Assembly (NCBI GenBank): GCA_050949565.1
Contig: JBMNFY010000007.1
Location: 1-64,000, forward strand
Length of the DNA: 64,000 bases
Source: Kiritimatiellia bacterium
GTDB lineage: Bacteria > Verrucomicrobiota > Kiritimatiellia > RFP12 > UBA1067
Direction of reading: 5' to 3'
The notes under the pieces were generated by a model, which was given only the letters and a program-made list of their open reading frames with translations, did no database searches and was not told the DNA's origin. A program made the position numbers and the translations under genes. Below are positions 19,511-27,653 of this stretch, piece by piece; the first letter of the stretch is position 1, and the number at the start of each line of letters is the position of its first letter.

Positions 19511-20875
19511 TCAGTTTTCAATGCGCAACCAGCCGACCTGCCAGGGGGCGACGGCGGGGAGGGTGATGAGGACGTCCTGATCTTCCCGGCGCACGGTGAG
19601 GGAGAGCGGCTTTTCTCTGGGGGTCAGCCACTCGATGTGCGTGATGCCTGTGGGACAGCCGCGCAGACGCAGGGTGGTCGGCGGCTGGACATCGATGGCG
19701 GTGTTGACCAACGCGACGCTGTGCAGATCGCCTGCCATCGATACGCGCGGGATGACGACGGCTTGCGCGGCGTTTTCCACAAAGACTGGCAGTCGGTTCT
19801 GGGCTACCCAATCAGCCGCCAACAGCAGTTGCCGCCGCCGCGCCTCGCTCGCGTAGGTCGAGAAGCCATCGAAGCCGAAGGCCGCGAGACGACCGCCGGT
19901 GGGCAGTTCAATCAAGACGGAAGCGGCCTCTAAGACTTGGCCCTGCGCATCCCGGTAGCGTCCGATGACGCGCGCTGCGTCGTTCGACGGAAATAGCGCA
20001 AATGTGTTCTCCGCCGAAGCCTGCGGTCGCCAGACGTAGCCCACGCGGTTGACGTTCAGTTCGTCGTCGGTGAACTCTTCAACGAGTTGCTGTGCGTTGC
20101 ATGACCGGGCACCCATCTGGATGCGCGCGCCTGCACCCCGCGCTTGCAGGGCAGCGACGGCGGTGCCGTCCAGCAGCACACCGCCGGAGAGCACGCGCTG
20201 TAGCTCGACGTCGCTCATGTCGCTGACATTTGCGGCGGTGAGCAGGTAGCCGGCCAGATGGGGCGAGCCGGGACAGACCGGCAGGCCAAGCGGTGCGAGC
20301 ACGTCCGCCGCGTGGAGCGTGGCGGGGGGCGTACGCGGTTTGAGGGCGGCGGCACTCTGCGCATGAAAGGGGAGAAGTCCGCCGGGATGCGTCTCGCGGT
20401 TGTGGCGGGCATAGGCCTGGAGGAAGGGACGCCAGAAGGTCAGTTCGCTGAAATAGACACTGGCAAACCGGTCGGCGGTTTCATGTGCGTTACGCAGGAA
20501 GTCGAACTCGACCGCATCCGCGCCGTAGGCGAGCATCAGGAAGCTCTGCACGCACAGGCCGTGCGCGGTGGCGGAGGAGGCGAAGGCCGCGCCGTCGCCG
20601 ATCCGCGCGACGGTGGTCTGCGCGGACGACGCGGCGAAGCGCAGCGCTTCACTGACCATGCGGCGCGGCTGGTTGCCGTCGGGAAATGCGAAGATGAAAG
20701 GCGGCTCGGCGGCCGGCGCGGTAACGGCGTCGAAGCAAGAAGGGTAGCGCGCCAACGCGGCGGCGAGCGCGGTGTCGGCGGGATCGCCGATCAGCGTCAT
20801 GAAGGGCGCTTCCGCCGCGCGAAGGAACGGCAGGGCCGAAACGAGGAGAGCGAGAAAAACAGGAAAAAATTTCAT
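19511..20875 (-). CDS. Secreted hypothetical protein (C-terminal GATase-like/trimerisation-like domain)
   Basis: Signal peptide from ATG 20875 (GGAGG RBS); LSGGVLLDG and GGRLAAFG segments. Confidence 0.6.
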   Translation of the reverse strand: MKFFPVFLALLVSALPFLRAAEAPFMTLIGDPADTALAAALARYPSCFDAVTAPAAEPPFIFAFPDGNQPRRMVSEALRFAASSAQTTVARIGDGAAFASSATAHGLCVQSFLMLAYGADAVEFDFLRNAHETADRFASVYFSELTFWRPFLQAYARHNRETHPGGLLPFHAQSAAALKPRTPPATLHAADVLAPLGLPVCPGSPHLAGYLLTAANVSDMSDVELQRVLSGGVLLDGTAVAALQARGAGARIQMGARSCNAQQLVEEFTDDELNVNRVGYVWRPQASAENTFALFPSNDAARVIGRYRDAQGQVLEAASVLIELPTGGRLAAFGFDGFSTYASEARRRQLLLAADWVAQNRLPVFVENAAQAVVIPRVSMAGDLHSVALVNTAIDVQPPTTLRLRGCPTGITHIEWLTPREKPLSLTVRREDQDVLITLPAVAPWQVGWLRIEN

Positions 20876-21206
20876 GCATAGCCTCCACTCACACAAAGGC
20901 CACGAAGGCCACAAGGTTTTCCATTTTTGCGCGCCTTTTTGTGACCACGCAGTGGTCACAAAGACGAGATTAAAACCTTGCGCCGTGCAGCCGTGCCCCG
21001 CCCGTGACCATTCACAGCGTTTTGGGCGCTTTTCGGGGATGTCTTCCCGCACGCCCCTCACAGCATGCCCTGTGCGCACCCGGCGCCCAGCCTTCTCGCC
21101 CGTTTTTACACTCATCATTGCGACCACTGAGTGGTCGCAATGACCTGCGGCCAACCCTGCACCACAAAAAACCTCTGCGTCTCTGCGCCTCTGCGTTAAA
21201 AAACTC

Positions 21207-22391
21207 CTAACTCCTAACTCCTAAATGCCAACTCCTTGCACCGGCGGCGGGTGTGATGACGCTGACATCGCAGGGGCTGCCGAAGCGCGCGGCGTAGGTG
21301 TTTGCCAGCGCGGCGGCTGCGGTTTCGGCGTCGCGCGGATGAACCAGAATCACGACCGAGCCGCCAAAGCCGCCGCCGGAGAGCCGTGCGCCGAGTACGC
21401 CGGGGATCTTTTTCGCGGCATCGACCACGGCATCCAACTCTTCGCAGGAGTTGCCGAAGAGCACGCGCGAGCTTTCATGCGAATCGAACATCAATGCGCC
21501 GAAACCGGCGGTGTCGCCGTTTGCCAACAGCTCCGCGCCCCGTAGCACACGCTCGTTCTCGCCGATCGGGTGCGCGGCGCGGTCGGCCACTTCGGTCGGC
21601 AGTCCGGCACGGTAGATCGCCCACTCGGTCATGCTGACATCACGCAGCGCCTGCACCGGGTGGCGCAGGACGCGGGCAAAGTGCGCGGCGGCCTGTTCGC
21701 ACGATTCGCGCAGACGGTTGTAGGCGCCGTCCACAAGCGCGTGCTTGGCGTGGGTGTTGCACATCAGGAAGCAGGCCTCTTCGCCCATGGGGACGGTCTC
21801 GTACGTGACGGAGCGGAAGTCGGTCTTTACCAGCCGACCGGCCTCGCCGGCCAGGCTGGTGATCTGATCGAGCAGGCCGCATTTGCAGCCGGCGTAGAGG
21901 TGTTCGGCTTTCTGGCCGATCCGCGCCAGCGTAACGGTGTCGGCCTCAATGCCGTACAGGCGCGCGAGCGCCAGACCGGTGGACATCTCCAGCGCGGCGG
22001 AACTGGAGAGCCCGCTCCCCAGCGGGACATTGCCGAAGAACATGCCGTCAAAGCCGTGCGTCGCCGGACGCGCCTCAGTCAAGCCGGCGAAGGTCCCCTT
22101 GACATAGTTCTGCCATGTGTCTTCGGATGACGGCGTGATGCCGGTGCAGTCGAAGGTGACCTCTTTCATCAGGTCGCCGGCGACCAGACGGCAGGTGGTG
22201 TCGTCGCGTTTGGCGGCGGCAAAGAAGGTGCCGACGTTAATCGCGGCCGAGAAGACAAACCCTTCGTTGTAATCGGTGTGGTTGCCCATCACTTCGATGC
22301 GTCCCGGCGCGTAGGCGATCACTTCGGGTTCGCGTCCGAAGTGCGCCTGGAATTTTTTCAGCAACTCGTCATGTACGGCTTGGTTAACCAT
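21207..22391 (-). CDS. galK: Galactokinase
   Basis: APGRIEVMGNHTDYNEG, PLGSGLSSSAA, CGLLDQ and GARLSGGGFGG GHMP motifs. Confidence 0.93.
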   Translation of the reverse strand: MVNQAVHDELLKKFQAHFGREPEVIAYAPGRIEVMGNHTDYNEGFVFSAAINVGTFFAAAKRDDTTCRLVAGDLMKEVTFDCTGITPSSEDTWQNYVKGTFAGLTEARPATHGFDGMFFGNVPLGSGLSSSAALEMSTGLALARLYGIEADTVTLARIGQKAEHLYAGCKCGLLDQITSLAGEAGRLVKTDFRSVTYETVPMGEEACFLMCNTHAKHALVDGAYNRLRESCEQAAAHFARVLRHPVQALRDVSMTEWAIYRAGLPTEVADRAAHPIGENERVLRGAELLANGDTAGFGALMFDSHESSRVLFGNSCEELDAVVDAAKKIPGVLGARLSGGGFGGSVVILVHPRDAETAAAALANTYAARFGSPCDVSVITPAAGARSWHLGVRS

Positions 22392-22415
22392 GGTGTCCTC
22401 TGCTTCCGGCGGGGG

Positions 22416-23738
22416 TTATTTCCTGATGAGTGCAAGGATTTCGTCGCGTTTTTCGGCCATCAGCTCTGCATTGCGGGCTTCGAGATTCAGGCGCACCAGC
22501 GGCTCGGTGTTCGAGCAGCGCACGTTGAACCACCAGTCGGCGTACTCGACGCTGACGCCATCCAACTCGAAGAGGTGGCCGTCGGCGTACGCGGTACGCA
22601 GTTCGTCCAGAATCGCTTTGGGGTCGCGCGTGACCTTGGAGTTGATTTCGCCGCTCGCGACGTATTTACGCAACGGCGCGATCAGCTCGGAGAGCGGGCG
22701 GTCGGATTTGCTGACGATGTTAGCCAGCGAGAGAATTGCGAGGGCCGAACTCTCGGCATAGAAGTTGTCCTTGAAGTAGTAGTGGCCGCTCAGCTCACCG
22801 GCGAAGAGCGCGTCGTTTTCGCGCATCTGCTGCTTGATGAAGGCGTGGCCGACGCGGCTCATCATCGGGGTGCCGCCTGCGGCTTCGATCGTCTCTTTGA
22901 CAACCCAACTGCTGCGCAAGTCATAGAAGATCACACCTTTGCGTTTGGACAGCACGTCCTGTGCGATCAGCGCGGTGACGAGATCCATCGGGACGATCTC
23001 GCCGCGCTCGTCAACGAAGCCGGCACGGTCGGCGTCGCCATCGTAAGCCACGCCAAAGGCGTATTTACCGGCGCGCACCTTGGCTTGCAGGTCGGCGAGC
23101 GTGGCGTGATTGAGCGGGTTGGCCTCGTGGTTCGGGAAGCGTCCGTCCGGATCTTCGTACAGACCGTCCCACGTCAGCACGCCTTGCAGGGCCTTGACCT
23201 CCCAGATGCCCATGCCGTTGGCGAAGTCGATCGCCAGATGCACCGGCTTCGCGAGTTGCGCGAACTGGGCCGCATGACGACTGTACGCCTCTTGGACATC
23301 GGTCTTGCTGATTGTTCCCGGGGTCGCGGCTTTGGGCGCGAAGCTGCCTTCGTTCACGATGCGCTCGATCTCCTTGATGCCGGTCGCGCCGCTGATCGGC
23401 ACGGCTTGTGCGCGGCACAGCTTGAAGCCATTCCACTCGGCGGGATTGTGCGAGGCGGTAATCATGATGCTGGCGTCCGCGCCCAGCGTGCCGTTGGCGA
23501 AGTAGGACATCGGTGTGGAACCGTAGCCGATGTCAATGACGTTGGCGCCTTGTTCGGTCAGACCTTTGGCCAGCGCGGTGAACAGCGGTTCAGAGTGGGG
23601 GCGGATGTCGCGCGCCACGACCACCTTTTTGCAGGCGGTGAAGGTCACAAAGGCGCGACCGATCGCGTACGCGGTCTCTTCAGTCAGATCTTTTCCGTAA
23701 ATACCGCGGATGTCGTATGCTTTGTAAATATCTGCCAT
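22416..23738 (-). CDS. manB: Phosphomannomutase/phosphoglucomutase
   Basis: KAYDIRG, ITASHNP (phospho-Ser), DGDADR, GELSGH and RCSNTEP. Confidence 0.9.
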   Translation of the reverse strand: MADIYKAYDIRGIYGKDLTEETAYAIGRAFVTFTACKKVVVARDIRPHSEPLFTALAKGLTEQGANVIDIGYGSTPMSYFANGTLGADASIMITASHNPAEWNGFKLCRAQAVPISGATGIKEIERIVNEGSFAPKAATPGTISKTDVQEAYSRHAAQFAQLAKPVHLAIDFANGMGIWEVKALQGVLTWDGLYEDPDGRFPNHEANPLNHATLADLQAKVRAGKYAFGVAYDGDADRAGFVDERGEIVPMDLVTALIAQDVLSKRKGVIFYDLRSSWVVKETIEAAGGTPMMSRVGHAFIKQQMRENDALFAGELSGHYYFKDNFYAESSALAILSLANIVSKSDRPLSELIAPLRKYVASGEINSKVTRDPKAILDELRTAYADGHLFELDGVSVEYADWWFNVRCSNTEPLVRLNLEARNAELMAEKRDEILALIRK

Positions 23739-23776
23739 GGGGAACTCCTTTACTTTTTGGTTTTAACTATCGAAGC

Positions 23777-23900
23777 TCTTGCAAAACCCTTCGTGGCATG
23801 GGCGTCCCGCCCATGAACCACGGGCAGGATGCCCGTGCCACGCCGCATGGGCGTCCCGCCCATGGAACACGGGCAAGATGCCCGTGCCACACCTGCAAGA
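23777..23900 (+). repeat. TCTTGCAAAACCC-bounded REP/MITE, internally duplicated copy
   Basis: Same element as 59162-59252 and 62574-62662, with two hairpin doublets and a truncated right TIR. Confidence 0.85.
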
Positions 23901-23913
23901 CCTTCTTCAACGT

Positions 23914-24996
23914 TCAACTCTCAACTTTCGACTCTTCAGTTTTTTGCGGTTGGTTTTCGCTCTCGGCTTTTTCCTTCTCAGCGTCCCGAGCGAGCAGGGC
24001 GTCGACCTCTTTAAAGAAAAGCCTTTTAGCCTGTGCGAGCGGCTCTTGGATCGTGCAGCCAGCGGCGCGGGCGTGTCCGCCGCCGCCGAAGGGGCGCACC
24101 AGTTCGGTGGCGTCGAGCGGTTCGCGCGTGCGCACGCTGACGCGCGTTTCGGCGCTGTCCTCTTCGTTGCCGTAAAAGAAGATCGCGACGCGGTTGCCGA
24201 TCAAGCTGCGCGGAATTTCAATCACATCTTCGACATCGGCCTTGGTGCCGCCGGTCTCTTCGAAGTCCTTGCCGGTTAGCGTGACGGCGGCGACGGTGTC
24301 ATTGTTTCGGATGGTCAGCGTGCGGAAGGCACGCTTTTTGAGTTCCATCGTGACCCGGCTGAACGAGCAGTAGATCTTGTCGTTGATGTAAGCCGTCCGC
24401 ACGCCGTAACGCAACAGGTCGGCTCCGCAGCGCAGCGTAGCGGGCGAGGTCTGATCGTAGGCGAAACGTCCTGAATCGGTGATGAGCGCCACCCAGAGCG
24501 CCTCGGCCGCGATCGAGTCCAACTGCCAGCCGGCCTTGCGCGCGAGACGCCAGATCAGTTCGGCGGTGGAAGAGACGTGGCCTTCAACCCAGTTCCACGT
24601 GCCGAAGCGCGTGTTGGTGCAGTGGTGGTCGATGTTCAAGAGGGGCACGGTGCGTGCAAGTGGCTGGATGGGCTTTGGCATGCGCTCAAACGACGCGCAA
24701 TCCACCGTGATCAGCAGGTCGAAACTCTTACGGGCGGCGGTTGACGGCGGTATCAGGCGTGAGACGCCCCTGAGAAATCCCGGTCCGCCGAGTTTGGTGC
24801 GGTCGGCGGTGCCCACGGCCTTGTGTCCCTCGCGGGTGAGCAGGTGGCTCAGCGCAATCATGCAGCCTAGTGAATCACCGTCCGGCCGTGTGTGTCCAGT
24901 GATGAGAATACGAGGGGCCGCTGCGATGACTTCAATCAGCTTGCCCATTGTGACATTGCGGGGTGTGCGTTTTTTCTCCATGCTAAACCATTTCAA
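23914..24996 (-). CDS. nrnA: DHH family bifunctional oligoribonuclease/PAP phosphatase
   Basis: HTRPDGDSLG, VDC, IDHH, TDSG, SVR and GGGHARAAG (DHHA1). Confidence 0.85.
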   Translation of the reverse strand: MKWFSMEKKRTPRNVTMGKLIEVIAAAPRILITGHTRPDGDSLGCMIALSHLLTREGHKAVGTADRTKLGGPGFLRGVSRLIPPSTAARKSFDLLITVDCASFERMPKPIQPLARTVPLLNIDHHCTNTRFGTWNWVEGHVSSTAELIWRLARKAGWQLDSIAAEALWVALITDSGRFAYDQTSPATLRCGADLLRYGVRTAYINDKIYCSFSRVTMELKKRAFRTLTIRNNDTVAAVTLTGKDFEETGGTKADVEDVIEIPRSLIGNRVAIFFYGNEEDSAETRVSVRTREPLDATELVRPFGGGGHARAAGCTIQEPLAQAKRLFFKEVDALLARDAEKEKAESENQPQKTEESKVES

Positions 24997-26249
24997 CGGG
25001 TTTGGCCGTTGCCGGTGACAACGTACTTGTAGGTGGTCAGCTCTTCAAGTCCCATCGGCCCACGGGCGTGGAGCTTGTCGGTGCTGATGCCCATTTCCGC
25101 GCCCATGCCGAATTCGCCGCCGTCGGTGAAGCGCGTCGAGGCGTTGGCGTAGACGGCGGCTGAATCGACTTCCTTAAGGAAGAGCTTGGCGTGGCGGGTG
25201 TTGCGCGTGACGATGGCATCGGAGTGGTGCGAGCCGTAGGTGTTGATGTGCTGGATGGCGGTCTGGATGTCGCGCACCACGCGTACCGCGAGGGTCAGAT
25301 CGAGATATTCCGCATGCCAGTCCTCCTCGGTGGCCGGTGCACAGCCGGGGATGTGCGCCTGCGTCGCTTCGCAGCCGCGCAGCGCGACACCGCGCCGCGC
25401 CGCCATCGCGGCGAGCTGCGGCAGGAAGGCTGCGGCGGCCTGCTCATGCACGAGCAGGGTTTCCAGAGCGTTGCACACGCCGGGACGTTGGCATTTGGCG
25501 TTTTCGACGATGACCAGCGCTTGATCGAGGTCGGCGTCGGCATCGACAAATATATGGCAGACGCCCTTGTAGTGCTTGAGCACCGGTACGCGAGACTGTT
25601 CGACCACGGCGCGGATCAGCGATTCGCCGCCGCGCGGAATGACCACGTCCACGCGGTCGTCCATCTGCACCAGTTCGCGCACCGCGTCGCGGTCAGTGGT
25701 CTCGACCAACTGCACCGCATGCTGGGGCATGCCGGCGGCGGCACCGCCTTCCTGCAGGGCGTGTACGATGGCCATGTTCGAGCGGAACGCCTCCTTGCCG
25801 CCGCGCAGGATCACGGCGTTGGCGGTCTTGAGGCAGAGCACCGCAGCATCGGCGGTGACGTTGGGACGCGATTCGTAAATGATCACGATGACGCCGAGGG
25901 GCACACGGCGCTTTTCGATGACAAGTCCGTTGGGGCGCGTGCGCTTCCAGATCTTTTTGCCGACCGGATCGGTCAGCGCGGCCACCTCGCGGATGCCGGT
26001 GACCATGGCATCGATCCGCGCGTCGGTGAGGGTCAGGCGATCGATCATGGCATCGGAGAGGCCGGCGGTTCGGGCGGCGGCGATGTCCTGTGCGTTGGCG
26101 TCCTTGATCTGGGCGCGCTGGTGGTCGATGGCGTCGGCCATGGCGAGCAGAATCGCATTCTTCTTGCGGGATGAGAGGCGTACCATGCGCCGCGAAGCCG
26201 CCAGTGCCTGGTCACCGAGTTTGCGTATGGAGTCGTGTAGGTTCATCAT
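24993..26249 (-). CDS. proA: Gamma-glutamyl phosphate reductase
   Basis: IYESRPNVT, LRGGKEA, IPRGG, VCNALETLL and STDKLHARGPMGL. Confidence 0.95.
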   Translation of the reverse strand: MMNLHDSIRKLGDQALAASRRMVRLSSRKKNAILLAMADAIDHQRAQIKDANAQDIAAARTAGLSDAMIDRLTLTDARIDAMVTGIREVAALTDPVGKKIWKRTRPNGLVIEKRRVPLGVIVIIYESRPNVTADAAVLCLKTANAVILRGGKEAFRSNMAIVHALQEGGAAAGMPQHAVQLVETTDRDAVRELVQMDDRVDVVIPRGGESLIRAVVEQSRVPVLKHYKGVCHIFVDADADLDQALVIVENAKCQRPGVCNALETLLVHEQAAAAFLPQLAAMAARRGVALRGCEATQAHIPGCAPATEEDWHAEYLDLTLAVRVVRDIQTAIQHINTYGSHHSDAIVTRNTRHAKLFLKEVDSAAVYANASTRFTDGGEFGMGAEMGISTDKLHARGPMGLEELTTYKYVVTGNGQTR

Positions 26250-26309
26250 TGTAAGCTCAGGGGTTAGGCGCGCGGGGTGGTTTGGCAACCGGCCGTCCGC
26301 GCGGAAGCG

Positions 26310-27116
26310 TTAGAGTGCGCTGCTCAGGATCAGAGTGCCGACATCGTCTCCGTCCATGACTCTGGTCAGCACGTTTTTGGTGCGGCCGCCGGCGATTACC
26401 ACGGTGCTGCCGGCTTTGGCGGCGATCTGTGCGGCGCGCAGTTTGGAGTCCATGCCGCCTTTGGAGAGGCCGCCCGCCTCGGTCGGCTTGACCCAGGCGA
26501 AGGCCTCATTAAAGTTCTCAATACAGTGGACGCGCTGGCCCTCAGCGTCGAGCACGCCGTCAACCGTACTGAGGATGACCAGCAGGTCGGCACGGGTGAG
26601 TTTGACCACCAGGGCGGCGAGGTAGTCATTGTCGCCGAGCGAAAGGCCGGCCTTGATCTCCTCGTCCGCGACCACGTCATTTTCGTTGATGATCGGGATC
26701 ACTTGACGGCGGATCATGTGCTCCATTGTCCGCTTGGCATTGGTGAAGCGAAGGCGGTGCTGGAAGTCGGCGTGGGTCAACAGTACTTGACCGATCACGA
26801 TGCTCTCGGCTCCGAACAATTCCTCGTAATGCGCCATCAGACGGGCCTGGCCGACGGCTGCGCACATCTGAAGGTCTGGGACGTTGGTCGGACGCGCCTT
26901 CATGTCCAGTGCTTCAACGCCGGCACCAACGGCACCGGAAGAGACCAACAACATCTCGTAACCCTTGCGGTGCAACTCAGCCACCTGCTTCACGAGGCTG
27001 CGCAGGGGACGCATGTCCGGGCGTCCGGAGGGCTGGGCGATGACCCGGGTTCCGATCTTAACGACAATACGCCGGGCTTCCGGCAGAAATTCGCGATAAC
27101 GGTGTTCAACATTCAT
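26310..27116 (-). CDS. proB: Glutamate 5-kinase (no PUA domain)
   Basis: VVKIGT, VSSGAV, PIINEND, GDND and GGMDSK; upstream of proA. Confidence 0.93.
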   Translation of the reverse strand: MNVEHRYREFLPEARRIVVKIGTRVIAQPSGRPDMRPLRSLVKQVAELHRKGYEMLLVSSGAVGAGVEALDMKARPTNVPDLQMCAAVGQARLMAHYEELFGAESIVIGQVLLTHADFQHRLRFTNAKRTMEHMIRRQVIPIINENDVVADEEIKAGLSLGDNDYLAALVVKLTRADLLVILSTVDGVLDAEGQRVHCIENFNEAFAWVKPTEAGGLSKGGMDSKLRAAQIAAKAGSTVVIAGGRTKNVLTRVMDGDDVGTLILSSAL

Positions 27117-27168
27117 AAAATGACTCGGGTTGTGAAACGAATCCTGTTCCCCCTTTGAAACAGGCCGA

Positions 27169-27197
27169 ATTGTAAAACATACGTCTGGCGATTGCAA
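27169..27197 (-). promoter_or_regulatory. Sigma70-type promoter of proBA operon
   Basis: Minus strand TTGCAA-17 bp-TACAAT. Confidence 0.6.
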
Positions 27198-27310
27198 GGA
27201 CAGGGGGAGAGAGTGTTGGTGCGCTAGTTCATTGGTGCGTTAGTTTGGTTCTATCGGAATCGGCTGGGATTTGTTGCGACCACGCGGTGGCTCGTAACGG
27301 CGGGTGTAAA

Positions 27311-27580
27311 CCTAAAAAGAGCAGTTGAACCTTCAACTCTCTTTGGTTTCTGGTTTCAAGGTTTCATGGTTTCATCCAAATCGGGATCGGGATCGATTGT
27401 TTAACCACGGAACACACCGAACACACGGAAAGGCATGGCTCTGTTTCCGTGTGTTCGGTGTGTTCCGTGGTTCCAATCAGAAATTGCGTTCTGCACCAAA
27501 TAGGTGCGGCGCGGATCTCAACGGAAGCCAATGTTTACGGGGCTTTGCTCAAAATCTGCATGCTCAACTGCTCTTTTTAG
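27311..27580. mobile_element. MITE-like element with 17-bp terminal inverted repeats
   Basis: CTAAAAAGAGCAGTTGA (27312-27328) and its exact reverse complement (27564-27580); TGTAAA on both flanks. Confidence 0.7.
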
Positions 27581-27653
27581 TGTAAAAGCAGGATTCCGCT
27601 TTTGTCGGATGTGTCAGGCACGTCCGACGAAACAAGGTAAGACACGCGAGCAC

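Noticed and set aside
22278-23816. 512-aa plus-strand ORF (likewise 41707-42678, 52839-54509, 25191-26174, 26277-27158)
   Set aside because: Antisense shadows of well-supported genes, typical of high-GC DNA; no recognisable motifs.
26310-27116. ProB lacking the PUA domain
   Set aside because: Short glutamate 5-kinases are a known common variant.
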